A stretch of 64,000 nt of DNA from assembly GCF_016903815.1 (NCBI RefSeq), contig NZ_CP069973.1. The stretch is one strand, 5' to 3'. The DNA comes from Escherichia coli. GTDB taxonomy: Bacteria > Pseudomonadota > Gammaproteobacteria > Enterobacterales > Enterobacteriaceae. Below the pieces are notes generated by a model. That model was not told where the DNA came from. It searched no databases and saw only the letters and a list, made by a program, of their open reading frames with translations. This document shows, piece after piece, positions 42,301-53,618 of the stretch. The translations under genes were made by a program, and so were the position numbers. How positions within the stretch are numbered: position 1 is the first letter of the stretch; the number at the start of each line of letters is the position of its first letter.

Positions 42301-42919
42301 GCAAGCGCTACACAAAGTCAGTATGCAACATTATGATCTGCTTATTACTGACGTTAATATGCCGAATATGGATGGTTTTGAGTTGACTCGCAAACTCCGT
42401 GAGCAAAATTCTTCCTTACCCATCTGGGGGCTTACAGCCAACGCACAGGCTAACGAACGTGAAAAAGGGTTAAATTGCGGCATGAACTTATGTTTGTTCA
42501 AACCGTTGACCCTGAATGTACTGAAAACACATTTAAGTCAGTTACACCAGGTTGCGCATATTGCACCTCAGTATCGCCACCTTGATATCGAGGCCCTGAA
42601 AAATAATACGGCGAAAGATCTACAACTGATGCAGGAGATTCTCATGACTTTCCAGCATGAAACGCATAAAGATCTACCCGCTGCGTTTCATGCGTTAGAA
42701 GCTGGCGATAACAGAACTTTCCATCAGTGTATTCATCGCATCCACGGTGCGGCTAACATCCTGAATTTGCAAAAGTTGATTAATCTTAGCCATCAGTTAG
42801 AAATAACGCCCGTTTCAGATGACAGCAAGCCTGAAATTCTTAAGTTGCTGAACTCTGTTAAAGAACACATTGCAGAGCTGGACCAGGAGATAGCTGTTTT
42901 CTGTCAACAAAATGACTAA
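39326..42919 (+). CDS. evgS: Hybrid sensor kinase EvgS
   Basis: 1197 aa; periplasmic domains, H-box SHEIRTP, receiver and HPt domains. Confidence 0.95.
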   Translation: MKFLPYIFLLCCGLWSTISFADEDYIEYRGISSNNRVTLDPLRLSNKELRWLASKKNLVIAVHKSQTATLLHTDSQQRVRGINADYLNLLKRALNIKLTLREYADHQKAMDALTEGEVDIVLSHLVASPPLNDDIAATKPLIITFPALVTTLHDSMSPLTSSKPVNIARVANYPPDEVIHQSFPKATIISFTNLYQALASVSAGQNDYFIGSNIITSSMISRYFTHSLNVVKYYNSPRQYNFFLTRKDSVVLNEVLNRFVDALTNEVRYEVSQNWLDTGNLAFLNKPLELTEHEKQWIKQHPDLKVLENPYSPPYSMTDETGSVRGVMGDILNIITLQTGLNFSPITVSHNIHAGTQLNPGGWDILPAAIYSEDRENNVLFAEAFITTPYVFVMQKAPDSEQTLKKGMKVAIPYYYELHSQLKEMYPEVEWIKVDNASAAFHKVKEGELDALVATQLNSRYMIDHYYPNELYHFLIPGVPNASLSFAFPRGEPELKDIINKALNAIPPSEVLRLTEKWIKMPNVTIDTWDLYSEQFYIVTTLSVLLVGSSLLWGFYLLRSVRRRKVIQGDLENQISFRKALSDSLPNPTYVVNWQGNVISHNSAFEHYFTADYYKNAMLPLENSDSPFKDVFSNAHEVTAETKENRTIYTQVFEIDNGIEKRCINHWHTLCNLPASDHAVYICGWQDITETRDLIHALEVERNKAINATVAKSQFLATMSHEIRTPISSIMGFLELLSGSGLSKEQRVEAISLAYATGQSLLGLIGEILDVDKIESGNYQLQPQWVDIPTLVQNTCHSFGAIAASKSIALSCSSTFPEHYLVKIDPQAFKQVLSNLLSNALKFTTEGAVKITTSLGDIDDNHAVIKMTIMDSGSGLSQEEQQQLFKRYSQTSAGRQQTGSGLGLMICKELIKNMLGDLSLESHPGIGTTFTITIPVEITQQVATVEAKAEQPMTLPEKLSILIADDHPTNRLLLKRQLNLLGYDVDEATDGVQALHKVSMQHYDLLITDVNMPNMDGFELTRKLREQNSSLPIWGLTANAQANEREKGLNCGMNLCLFKPLTLNVLKTHLSQLHQVAHIAPQYRHLDIEALKNNTAKDLQLMQEILMTFQHETHKDLPAAFHALEAGDNRTFHQCIHRIHGAANILNLQKLINLSHQLEITPVSDDSKPEILKLLNSVKEHIAELDQEIAVFCQQND

Positions 42920-42974
42920 ATAGCGGCTCCCACAATATTCAAATGTGGGAGCTATTTACCAGCACATCTTACAT

Positions 42975-44120
42975 TTATGATGAGAACTCCTGGCGAATTT
43001 GTTCCCCATGCTGGTCGAGCGTTGCCGCTCCCGGCATAACATGCGGGTCCGCGCAGCCGCTGATTTTTATCGGATTACCTGGCATCATTATTCCCCCGGC
43101 TTCAATCAACATATTTCTCGCCTGAGTTTGTGGCAAATTAATGGCCTCAGCCACACTTAATAACGGCGCGACGGGCACACCAACTTCATGTATTTTGGCT
43201 AACCAAACTTCAGCTGCCTGCGTTTTTAACGTTCGCTCAATATATTGTTTAAGAATAGCCTGGTTTTGTACGCGTAAAATATTGCTGCTAAATCGGGGAT
43301 CATTAACCAGTTCCGTAAGCTCCAGTGCCTGGCATAACGCAGAAAAAAGCTTGTCATTACCACAACAAATAGTAATCGGCTTATCCTGAGTATCAAAAAC
43401 ATCAAAAGGTGCCATGTAGGGATGGCGATTTCCCAGGCGTTGTGGTGACTTCCCTGTCGCAATATATGCCATCAGACCATGCTCCAGAAAACTCAGCGTG
43501 GCATCAAACATCGCTATATCGACATGCGCCCCTCTCTGGCTCTTTTCGCGGCCATAAAGTGCACTCACTATTCCGCTGAATAAATAGACACCGCCACATA
43601 AATCCGCAAGAGAGGTACCCACGCGCACTGGCGGAGCATCAGAGTACCCTGTTTCCATCATTATCCCGCTCATTGCCTGAATGATGGTATCGTAGGCAGG
43701 AGCATCTTTTAGCGGGCCGGTATGCCCAAAACCTGACGATGAAGCATATATGAGACGCGGGTTGATTTCTTGTAGCGTTTCCCATGAAAACCCCAGTTTT
43801 TCCATTGTACCTGGGCGAAAATTCTCAGCTAATACATCCGCTTGTTTAAGCATATTTATAAATATGCTTTTATCGTGATCATTCTTTAAATCAAGAACCA
43901 CACTCTCTTTGCCATGATTAATAAAACTGTAATAGAGTGACTGTCCATCCACATAGGGACCAAATGTGCGGGTATCATCACCATGACCTGGCGGCTCAAC
44001 TTTAATTACCCTTGCGCCCATATTACAAAGAAGTTGAGTTCCGAAAGGCCCATTAAGGACATGCGTCATATCGATAACTAATAAGCCTTCAAACGGCCCT
44101 TTGCATTCATTATTGGTCAT
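42975..44120 (-). CDS. yfdE: Acetyl-CoA:oxalate CoA-transferase (family III CoA transferase)
   Basis: CaiB/BaiF-family protein; start set at MTNNECKGPFEGLLVIDMTH rather than the ORF-track start. Confidence 0.8.
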   Translation of the reverse strand: MTNNECKGPFEGLLVIDMTHVLNGPFGTQLLCNMGARVIKVEPPGHGDDTRTFGPYVDGQSLYYSFINHGKESVVLDLKNDHDKSIFINMLKQADVLAENFRPGTMEKLGFSWETLQEINPRLIYASSSGFGHTGPLKDAPAYDTIIQAMSGIMMETGYSDAPPVRVGTSLADLCGGVYLFSGIVSALYGREKSQRGAHVDIAMFDATLSFLEHGLMAYIATGKSPQRLGNRHPYMAPFDVFDTQDKPITICCGNDKLFSALCQALELTELVNDPRFSSNILRVQNQAILKQYIERTLKTQAAEVWLAKIHEVGVPVAPLLSVAEAINLPQTQARNMLIEAGGIMMPGNPIKISGCADPHVMPGAATLDQHGEQIRQEFSS

Positions 44121-44193
44121 TTGCTTATACCTTGAAAAAAGCCGAAGGTGAAAAGACACTTCGGCATTTATGTAAAATCAATAACATGATTAA

Positions 44194-45138
44194 TTATGAA
44201 ACCAGTCGACTGACATAAATCCACAAGGGAGCCGTGACGACAAAACCCAGTACGCTCACAGCCAATGACGCTGTACCAGTGCGGGTGTAGACATTAAACC
44301 GACTGGCAATAATGATTCCGGAGAATGCCGGCGGTAATGCGCCTGCCAGTACCATCATCTGCAGATGTTCGCTGTTCAAATGACATGCCATACCCACGAG
44401 AAGCAGCGCCAGTGGCATCAGAATCAGCTTCAGGAAGGTGTTATAAGCAATTTCGGCACTGAACTCGAATTTATGTGCAGCCAGAGTCAACCCCGCAGCG
44501 AATACCGCCACCCCTGAGTTAGCCTTCGCAATCAGATTAAAGGTTGGGTCCCATGCTGCCGGAATTTTTACCCCAACCAACACCAGGATCGTTGCCAGAA
44601 CAGGTGCCCATACTACTGGCTCCTTTGCCGCAGAAATTAATGCGCTCAGATTACTATTCTTCTTACCATCTGCTCCTGAGGAAGGATTCAGCAAATACAG
44701 ACCAATAGGAATAGTAATTGCGTTAACAATAATAGAAATAATTGCTACAACTAAACCTGTTGATACGGAATCACCATAAATAGGATCGAGAACTGCAAAT
44801 CCCAGGAATCCGATGGTAGGTGAACCTGCAATTAATGCACATACTGCTGCTTCTGCATGAGTACGTTTAAAAAATTTGTAGCAACCAAACCAGGAGAAAA
44901 AGAAACATCCGACAATAACCACAAGTGATACAAGGGTCAGGCGAGTGTCCGCAAAAATCATTTCCCTGTTTGCCCGGGTAATAGAAACAAATAGGGCCGC
45001 AGGAAGAGCGTAGTTTAATACCAGTTTATTAAATGCCCGGGCTTGATCTTCTGAAAAAGTTTCTCGTCTGCCGCTAAAATAACCCAACAGCATGATTACG
45101 ATAATAGGCAATAAATCGCCAATAAAAAATGTTAGCAT
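44194..45138 (-). CDS. yfdV: AEC-family transporter
   Basis: 314-aa polytopic membrane protein in the oxalate cluster. Confidence 0.8.
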
Positions 45139-45206
45139 AATAGTATTTCCGATAAGGGTCCCCTCACCATCGATAATGAGTTGGCAAGAGGAGACGATGT
45201 CAGTAT

Positions 45207-46901
45207 TTAATTACCAGCGACTTGTTTTGGGTTAAGTTTGGTAATATGGCCACTTTCAGTTCCTGCTGCAGGGTCGATGACCACATTAATAATGGTCGGT
45301 TTGCGCGACTGAATACCGGTGGTTAAAGCATGACGAAGTTCATCTGTCGTAGTGACGTTATAGCCAACGCCACGAAACGCATCCATTAATTTGTCATACC
45401 TTGCATGGTGCAATAGATCTGTTGGTGATGGTGCACCAGCGCCACTGAGATCAACACCGTCTCCTCTGTAGATGCCGCCATTATTAAAAATAACGATCGT
45501 CACCGGCAGGTTATATCGACAAATCGTTTCAATCTCCATCCCACTGAAACCAAAAGCACTATCACCTTCAATGGCGACAACCGGAGAACCAGAGGTCACG
45601 CTAGCACCGATGGCATAGCCCATACCGATGCCCATGACACCCCAGGTTCCACAATCCAGACGGCGACGTGGTTTATACATATCAATAATATTTCGTGCAT
45701 TATCCAGGGTATTTGCACCTTCATTAACTAAATAAATATCCTGGTTCTCGCGCAATACATCGCGCACAGCACTTAATGCATTAAAGTAATTTAATGGTTG
45801 AGTATCTGTACTTAATTTTTCATGCATTTTTTGTGCATTTTGCTGCTTGTGGATATTTAAAATATCGCGCCATACCAGTGGAGTCGTAAATGTGTTTTGT
45901 TTCAGTTCTGCCAGCATACCTTGCATACTGGATGCAATATCGCCAACGACTGGCACAGCAATGGGGCGGTTGCTGTCAATTTCCTGCGGTTCAATATCCA
46001 GTTGAATAAACTGTGTATCTGCCGCCCATCCTTTTTTACCGTGTGCCAGTAACCAATTCAGTCGTGCACCAACAAGCATGACAACGTCAGCATTTGCCAG
46101 GGCAAACGAACGCGCAGTTGCCGCAGAAAGTGGATGTGTATCTTCGAGGATCCCTTTCGCCATAGACATTGGCAGGAATGGAATCTGGGCACTTTCAATA
46201 AATTCACGAAGCTGTTCATCCGCTTGTGAATACGCCGCGCCTTTGCCAAGGATAACTAATGGTCGTTCAGCTTTTGCTAAAAGCGAAATTGCGCTAGCGA
46301 CTGACTTCGGGCATGGCAATAATGCTGGCGACGGATTTTCAACTTTTACAATCGTGGTTAACGCTTCGTCTTTTTCCATCGTCGCGGCCAGGACATTTGC
46401 AGGCAAATCAAGATAAACTCCGCCAGGGCGACCCGATACTGAGACCCGGATAGCGCGTGCCAATGCAATGCCAAGATCCTGCGGCTGATTAACGCGAAAT
46501 GCTGCTTTGGCATACGGTTTTGCCGCATTCATTTGGTCCAGCTCTTCATAATCACCTTGCTGTAGGTCGACGATCGCGCGGTCGCTGGAGCCGCTAATCA
46601 TGATCATCGGAAAACCATTTACCGTTGCGTTGGCCAATGCGGTCAAACCATTGAGGAATCCTGGCGCAGACACTGTCAGGCAGATCCCTGGTTTTTGGGT
46701 AAGAAAACCGCTTGCAGCAGCGGCATAGCCTGCCGACTGCTCATGACGAAAACCAATATAACGAATGCCTTCCGCCTGGGCATGGCGTGCCATATCCGTC
46801 ACAGGAATACCTACAACACCATAAATAGTGTCAATATTATTCTGTTTTAATGCTTCAACGATGATATGCATACCATCTGTCATTTGAAGTTGATCTGACA
46901 T
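45207..46901 (-). CDS. oxc: Oxalyl-CoA decarboxylase (ThDP-dependent)
   Basis: 564 aa; ThDP-enzyme motifs ([11 protein letters not shown]...NN). Confidence 0.9.
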
Positions 46902-46954
46902 GATTAATAACCTCGAAATTTTTATAAATTGGGAGCCAGAAGCCCCCGTTAATA

Positions 46955-48205
46955 TCAGATGGCGTGGTTTTGCTTCATTGCAGCAATTTCATCGTCGCTA
47001 TAACCCAGCTCCTGCAATACAGCAGCGGTATGTTCACCTAATAGCGGCGCAGCTTTAATATCCGGCGTAAAGGCAGAGAATTTCATTGGACAACCAACTG
47101 TCAGATATTTTCCACGCAATGGTTGTTCCACTTCAACAACACTGCCACTTTGGCGCAAAGAGGGATCAAGTGAAATTTCTTTCATACTTAAAACCGGTGC
47201 ACAAGGAATATCAAACTGAGTCAAATAGGCCACCGCTTCATGTTTATCAATAGTGACAGTGTATTTTTCGATTTCAGCAAAAATATCGAAAATATGTGGC
47301 TGTCGGGCATGGGCTGTACTGTATGCCGGATCGGTAATCCAATCTGGTTTGCCGATGGCTTTACAGGTGTTTTCCCAGTTTTGCTCCTGAATAGTGAAAT
47401 AAATATAGGCGTTAGGATCGGTTTCCCAACCTTTACATTTCAGGATCCAGCCAGGCTGACCGCCACCACCCGCATTACCTCCGCGGGGAACTGCATCACC
47501 AAATGTGCCATTCGGATACTGCGGGTATTCTTCCAGATAACCCAATTTATCGAGACGCTGCTGGTCGCGTAATTTCACGCGGCAAAGGTTCAATACGGCA
47601 TCCTGCATTGACATGGTGACTCGTTGCCCACGCCCCGTTTTTTCGCGATGCAGCAAAGCAGCAAGTAAACCGATCAGTAAATGCATTCCGGTGTTGCTGT
47701 CACCCAACGCTGCAGCGCTTACCAGCGGCGGACCGTCCCAAAAACCCGTAGTGGATGCCGCACCACCCGCTGCCTGAGCAACGTTTTCATAGGCTTTTAC
47801 ATTCACATAAGGCGAACACTCATCAAACCCTTTGATCGAACCAAAAATCAGACGTGGATTGATTTCTTGAATATGCTCCCAGGTGAAGCCCATGTGATCA
47901 ATGGCCCCTGGATGAAAGTTCTCGACTAAGATATCAGCTTCGCGGATCAGCTTTTCCATTACCTCTTTGCCTTCCGCTGTTTTGGTATTTAATTCAATAG
48001 AACGTTTGTTACTGTTAAGCATGGTGAAGTAAAGCGCATCGATATCAGGAATATCTCGCAGCTGGTGACGCGTTACGTCACCAACGCCGGGACGTTCAAT
48101 TTTAATGACGTCAGCGCCAAACCAGGCCAGCATTTGAGTACAAGATGGGCCAGATTGCACACCGGTGAAATCGAGAACTTTAATTCCTTGAAGTGGAGTT
48201 GACAT
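46955..48205 (-). CDS. frc: Formyl-CoA:oxalate CoA-transferase
   Basis: 416-aa family III CoA transferase adjacent to oxc. Confidence 0.9.
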   Translation of the reverse strand: MSTPLQGIKVLDFTGVQSGPSCTQMLAWFGADVIKIERPGVGDVTRHQLRDIPDIDALYFTMLNSNKRSIELNTKTAEGKEVMEKLIREADILVENFHPGAIDHMGFTWEHIQEINPRLIFGSIKGFDECSPYVNVKAYENVAQAAGGAASTTGFWDGPPLVSAAALGDSNTGMHLLIGLLAALLHREKTGRGQRVTMSMQDAVLNLCRVKLRDQQRLDKLGYLEEYPQYPNGTFGDAVPRGGNAGGGGQPGWILKCKGWETDPNAYIYFTIQEQNWENTCKAIGKPDWITDPAYSTAHARQPHIFDIFAEIEKYTVTIDKHEAVAYLTQFDIPCAPVLSMKEISLDPSLRQSGSVVEVEQPLRGKYLTVGCPMKFSAFTPDIKAAPLLGEHTAAVLQELGYSDDEIAAMKQNHAI

Positions 48206-48716
48206 AGCAATACCTATTAGTTAATTAAATATGTGTTAATTTAGCGTTTATTTAAGACATAACGCCTCTATAAATAATCCGCAAAATATCGTCGTAGCTG
48301 CACTCGATATTTTTAAATTCCTGTATCAAGTACTGAAAATCATTTCATCGCTACTTCCAATTCCTTTCTGCATGGTAAGTAGTGAGGACGAAAAGAAGAA
48401 TATGATAAATATTGGTTCGCGGTAATCAGAGAGAGCCGCGACATTTGTGATGTTATTCTTACAACTGTAAGAAGCGCCGGTGATTTACAAGTAAGGGTAT
48501 GATTACGCTTTTTAAAGCGTACCATAAAACATAACATAATAAATGATTTGTGATGACACGGGATTATTGCGGTTTACTTTGAGGAAGATAAAATGCGAGT
48601 TTATAGAACCGCGAGCGCCAAATAATTTTATGACCACAATCTGTCGTATTGTGGTCATAAAAAATTGTCGGCTGGAGGGAGTTAAATCCTTTACCTCAAT
48701 ATACTGCCTGTCAGCA

Positions 48717-49349
48717 TTAGTTCACAAACAGTGCTTCGCTATCGACGATGATTCCATCTTCCGCACCTTTAAGCGCCAGGTTTGCCTCGTAGTATTGCTT
48801 TTTATCAAGCAGTTTCTGCGCATCAGCAAGTGCATTACGAGTCTGTTTGAGCGGCATCAGATATTGGTTTTTCATTACGCCAACACCGGCCAGGCGAAGC
48901 TCTTCCATTGCGCCCTTTTTATCCCCTTTCGCCATTTTTTCGTTGGCAATTTTTATCGCGGCTTCTTTTTCGGGTGTCGCTACATAACTCTCAGAAATTC
49001 CGATAGATGCATTAATGACAATATATTGGTCATCATTGACATTGGTTTTTTTACCTGGCTTAGCGAACTTTGCCCATTCGGTACTGTCATCTGACAACAA
49101 AGCTGAAGCTTCATTGGTCAGTTCTTTTGCCTTTTCCGGATCGCCATGAAACAGAGCCAGGCGCGCTACCTGCACGTCACGCATCGCATATAAACCTTGT
49201 TCAGAGATACGCTCTGCTGCTGCCGTTTTCTGGGTTTGCTGAACTTGCTGAGTTTGCTGTTGTGCCGCTACCGGTGCATTATCAGCCGCCCATACAGTTG
49301 AAGATGCCAGAATTGCTGTGACCATCGTAGCCATAATTAAACGTTTCAT
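48717..49349 (-). CDS. yfdX: YfdX periplasmic protein (EvgA regulon)
   Basis: 210 aa with signal peptide, at the conserved position. Confidence 0.8.
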   Translation of the reverse strand: MKRLIMATMVTAILASSTVWAADNAPVAAQQQTQQVQQTQKTAAAERISEQGLYAMRDVQVARLALFHGDPEKAKELTNEASALLSDDSTEWAKFAKPGKKTNVNDDQYIVINASIGISESYVATPEKEAAIKIANEKMAKGDKKGAMEELRLAGVGVMKNQYLMPLKQTRNALADAQKLLDKKQYYEANLALKGAEDGIIVDSEALFVN

Positions 49350-49644
49350 ACTTACCTCATTCTTTAACAGTTTTAGAAAACGCCGCCATCATATTGGGTG
49401 AGCATGAAATGAGAAATCAGAGAGCAACGGTCATTTTGAAAGGGTTATCTTACAGTTGTAGTTATTATCGCAAGAAGTATTTTAGTCTTACAATTGTAGG
49501 AATATGCTTCCTGTCGCAGAGAACTATTCTTATATACCACAAAGAGATGTCATTTATTATATCGATGTAAATACTGATTAATTAAATGTAAATACAGCCA
49601 TAACATCGTAGGTTCTCAGTGAGCCATTCTCAGGATAACTTTCT

Positions 49645-49920
49645 ATGAAAGTAAACTTAATGCTTTTTAGCTTATTTTTATTGGTCTCTATTATGGCATG
49701 CAATGTTTTTGCATTTTCCATTTCTGGTGGTGGAAGTGAGACGAGCTATAAAGAGACAGAAAAAACGTCAGTGATGACGACAACTCATTCTACAAAACTT
49801 CAGCCATCACAGGCGATTTTGTTTAAGATGAGAGAAGATGCGCCACCATTAAATCTCACAGAAGACATCACGCCCCCTTTTCCGACAAAGGCGAATTATC
49901 TTATTCATCCTGTGCGATAG
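49645..49920 (+). CDS. ypdI: Small exported lipoprotein
   Basis: 91 aa with signal peptide, at the conserved position. Confidence 0.65.
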   Translation: MKVNLMLFSLFLLVSIMACNVFAFSISGGGSETSYKETEKTSVMTTTHSTKLQPSQAILFKMREDAPPLNLTEDITPPFPTKANYLIHPVR

Positions 49921-49996
49921 CGTCTGTCACATGGCAGGTGAACAATCATATCTGTTGATGATGTGAGCACCTGCCCAAATGATCCATCCTGAACTA

Positions 49997-50239
49997 CTAC
50001 CGCCTGCCATACCCCACCATAAAGCGAATCATCAAGCCACAAGCCGGGGCAAGAAACATAAATATCCCCGTCACCAGTTCATTACCGCCTGTTAACCACA
50101 TGGTGAAGTAGTAAATGAGTGCAGCGAGGATCACCATGCCGAAGAAAGAAGAGACCGCCGAGACCACGTTCAGTACCTGACCGATGTATCCGCTTACGCA
50201 GACAATACACAGGGCGAGAAACATCCATAAATAAATCAT
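49997..50239 (-). CDS. yfdY: Small inner-membrane protein
   Basis: 80 aa with two TM segments, at the conserved position. Confidence 0.65.
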   Translation of the reverse strand: MIYLWMFLALCIVCVSGYIGQVLNVVSAVSSFFGMVILAALIYYFTMWLTGGNELVTGIFMFLAPACGLMIRFMVGYGRR

Positions 50240-50591
50240 AGCTCAACCTCCTGCCGCGCTAAAAAACCTGTAACTTCAGTCAATTTAATAGTAAGACAAT
50301 CCTTAACCTCTGGCAATTTTTGCTAAGCATCAATGAAAACAGCATGTTAAATGCAAGACTGTTGCGTACGGAAAAATATTTACTTTGCACGATTAATAAT
50401 CAGTAGCTGAAAGCAGTCAGCCAGTGATAAAGTACAGATACCGCATTCATGCTCCTCGTGGTTATGTCCTGACTAGTCTTTACACTCTTTACAGGAACCA
50501 TTGTCGTACATGATGGCCCAACCAATTGAGTGTACCGCTGTCGACATGGAATCTTCTGCGATACAACAATTCGTATCTACAGAAGGTAACT

Positions 50592-51512
50592 ATGTTTCCA
50601 AAATGCAAATTTTCCCGCGAGTTTCTGCATCCTCGCTACTGGCTCACATGGTTTGGGCTTGGTGTACTCTGGCTTTGGGTACAGCTTCCTTATCCTGTTC
50701 TCTGCTTTCTCGGCACGCGTATTGGCGCAATGGCGCGACCATTCCTGAAACGGCGTGAATCTATCGCCCGTAAAAACCTGGAACTTTGTTTCCCGCAGCA
50801 TTCTGCTGAAGAGCGCGAGAAGATGATCGCCGAAAACTTTCGTTCACTCGGCATGGCGCTGGTAGAAACCGGCATGGCGTGGTTCTGGCCCGACAGTCGC
50901 GTACGCAAATGGTTTGATGTTGAAGGGCTGGATAACCTTAAACGCGCACAAATGCAAAATCGCGGCGTAATGGTTGTCGGCGTCCATTTTATGTCGCTGG
51001 AACTGGGCGGCCGCGTGATGGGACTGTGTCAACCAATGATGGCTACCTATCGTCCACATAATAATCAGCTGATGGAATGGGTGCAGACCCGTGGGCGCAT
51101 GCGCTCTAACAAAGCGATGATCGGCAGAAATAATCTGCGCGGCATTGTTGGTGCACTGAAGAAAGGTGAAGCGGTATGGTTTGCTCCCGATCAGGATTAT
51201 GGTCGTAAAGGCAGCTCCTTCGCGCCGTTCTTTGCGGTGGAAAATGTCGCCACAACCAATGGTACGTATGTCCTTTCACGTCTCTCTGGCGCAGCCATGT
51301 TAACCGTAACGATGGTAAGAAAAGCGGATTACAGCGGATATCGTTTGTACATCACCCCAGAGATGGAAGGCTACCCGGCAGATGAAAATCAAGCCGCTGC
51401 CTATATGAACAAGATTATCGAAAAAGAGATCATGCGCGCACCGGAGCAGTACCTCTGGATCCACCGTCGCTTTAAAACGCGCCCGGTGGGAGAATCGTCG
51501 CTATACATTTAA
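50592..51512 (+). CDS. lpxP: Lipid A palmitoleoyltransferase (cold-induced)
   Basis: From the internal Met, MFPKCKFSREFLHPRYWLTWFGLGVLW... matches recalled LpxP. Confidence 0.85.
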   Translation: MFPKCKFSREFLHPRYWLTWFGLGVLWLWVQLPYPVLCFLGTRIGAMARPFLKRRESIARKNLELCFPQHSAEEREKMIAENFRSLGMALVETGMAWFWPDSRVRKWFDVEGLDNLKRAQMQNRGVMVVGVHFMSLELGGRVMGLCQPMMATYRPHNNQLMEWVQTRGRMRSNKAMIGRNNLRGIVGALKKGEAVWFAPDQDYGRKGSSFAPFFAVENVATTNGTYVLSRLSGAAMLTVTMVRKADYSGYRLYITPEMEGYPADENQAAAYMNKIIEKEIMRAPEQYLWIHRRFKTRPVGESSLYI

Positions 51513-51867
51513 CAAACTGCTCTAACTCTTTCCCTCCTCAAATCAGCCATAATAACCTCATGGTTTTTATGGCTTTTTTCTTAAGGTTTTTTCCTTCGCT
51601 GAATCTCTAATTATTACCGTCAGAAATTAAACTGTCGCCGATATGAGACACCTGTAAGTTACTAAAAGTAAATAAGAAAATGCCTCTTGTCTCGTTTCAG
51701 TTTTAGGCGTACATTAGCGCCGTCTGGAGCAGTTTAGCTCAGAATTCTGGGGTGATGCCCACGGTAAAATACAGGACTTTTAAGGTCGTTTTGCCCGGTG
51801 TCAACTCACTGTATCAGGTGTAATGAAGTCATTCAGGCGTAACAGTAATTACGCGGAGAGATGTAAA

Positions 51868-51939
51868 GTGAAATATTTCTTTATGGGCATTTCTTTTATG
51901 GTCATCGTTTGGGCCGGTACTTTTGCCCTGATGATCTAA
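51868..51939 (+). CDS. ypdK: Tiny membrane protein (23 aa, GTG start)
   Basis: My own translation MKYFFMGISFMVIVWAGTFALMI; recalled as ypdK at this position. Confidence 0.5.
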   Translation: MKYFFMGISFMVIVWAGTFALMI

Positions 51940-51956
51940 AAGCAAACTGTGCAATG

Positions 51957-51992
51957 AAAAACAGGAGCCATCAGGCTCCTGTTTGCATTTTT
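51957..51992. terminator. Bidirectional intrinsic terminator between ypdK and alaC
   Basis: Hairpin ACAGGAGCC-ATCA-GGCTCCTGT flanked by T-runs on both strands. Confidence 0.55.
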
Positions 51993-52003
51993 GAGGTCGG
52001 TGT

Positions 52004-53242
52004 TTATTCCGCGTTTTCGTGAATATGTTTGCTGCTGGCGGGTAGTAAACCATCGGCACGGAACATCGCTTTAATCCCACGAATCGCCTGACGAATACGG
52101 TCGCGGTTTTCAATCAGTGCAAAGCGAACATGCGTGTCGCCGTAGTCGCCAAAGCCAATCCCCGGAGAGACACAGACCTTCGCTTCGTTCAGCAGCTTCT
52201 TGGCAAATTCCAGCGAGCCCATGGCAGCATACGGTTCCGGGATTTTCGCCCAGACATACATCGAAGCCTTCGGCATTTCGACCATCCAGCCCGCTTCATG
52301 CAGCCCTTTTACCAGTACATCACGGCGGCGTTTGTACTGTTCAGCAATGTCGCGCACGCACTGCTGATCGCCCTCCAGCGCCGCAATCGCTGCCACCTGC
52401 AACGGCGTAAAGGTGCCGTAATCGTGATAGCTTTTAATACGTGCCAACGCGCTGACCAGCGTTTTGTTGCCAACCATAAAGCCGATACGCCAGCCCGCCA
52501 TGTTGTAACTTTTCGACAGGGTAAAGAACTCGACCGCCACGTCGCGTGCGCCCGGCACCTGCATGATTGACGGCGCTTTCCAGCCATCGTAGACGATATC
52601 GGCATAGGCCAGGTCATGGACCACCAGCACATCGTAGCGTTTTGCCAGCGCCACAACCTTCTCAAAGAATTCCAGTTCCACGCATTGCGCGGTTGGGTTC
52701 GACGGGAAGCCGAGGATCATCATCTTCGGTTTCGGATAACTTTCGCGAATGGCGCGTTCCAGTTCGTTGAAGAAATCGACACCTTCCACCAGCGGCACTG
52801 AGCGTACCTGCGCCCCGGCAATCACCGCGCCGTAAATATGAATCGGGTAGCTTGGATTAGGCACCAGTACAGTGTCACCATGATCCAGCGTCGCCAGCAT
52901 CAGATGCGCCAGTCCCTCTTTCGAACCAATGGTGACGATGGCTTCTGATTCCGGGTCGATCTCGACGTCGTAGCGATCCTGATACCAGCGGGAAATGGCG
53001 CGACGTAGCCGCGGAATGCCGCGTGACGTGGAGTAACCATGCGTGTCCGGGCGCTGGGCCACCGTACATAATTTTTCGACGATATGCGGCGGAGTCGCAC
53101 CGTCCGGGTTACCCATACTGAAATCGATAATATCTTCGCCGCGCCGACGCGCAGCCATTTTCAGTTCAGCGGTAATATTAAAAACGTAGGGCGGGAGACG
53201 ATCAATGCGCGTAAAGCGACGTTCAGGGCGAGTGTCAGCCAT
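52004..53242 (-). CDS. alaC: Glutamate-pyruvate aminotransferase
   Basis: 412-aa class I aminotransferase at the conserved position. Confidence 0.9.
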   Translation of the reverse strand: MADTRPERRFTRIDRLPPYVFNITAELKMAARRRGEDIIDFSMGNPDGATPPHIVEKLCTVAQRPDTHGYSTSRGIPRLRRAISRWYQDRYDVEIDPESEAIVTIGSKEGLAHLMLATLDHGDTVLVPNPSYPIHIYGAVIAGAQVRSVPLVEGVDFFNELERAIRESYPKPKMMILGFPSNPTAQCVELEFFEKVVALAKRYDVLVVHDLAYADIVYDGWKAPSIMQVPGARDVAVEFFTLSKSYNMAGWRIGFMVGNKTLVSALARIKSYHDYGTFTPLQVAAIAALEGDQQCVRDIAEQYKRRRDVLVKGLHEAGWMVEMPKASMYVWAKIPEPYAAMGSLEFAKKLLNEAKVCVSPGIGFGDYGDTHVRFALIENRDRIRQAIRGIKAMFRADGLLPASSKHIHENAE

Positions 53243-53618
53243 AATTTCCTCAGATTAACGTTAGCGCCCGGACCGTCCGAGCGACGCTGCCACGATGGTG
53301 GCTGTTTTGAAAATAGCCTGATTAATTTCTGTCTGTCCAGCGTTTTAGAACATTTTTATCAATGGCTTTAAATGAGGAACTCCACTTCAAAAACAGGAAA
53401 TTTATCTGCGCTAACAAGAAAATTACCACTCATTTTATTAACATTATAATTTCAATAAATTTACCAAGCAGATGTGCATTATCAAGAGATGCATTGCTAA
53501 TACACCATTTATCTTTCAATCCCCTTTTAAAATTGTGGTTTTTCCTCAAAAACGGCCTGCTGGTCATCAGCCTTCAGGTTACCTATCATAGAGGTTTAAT
53601 CCTTATTCAGAGTCACCC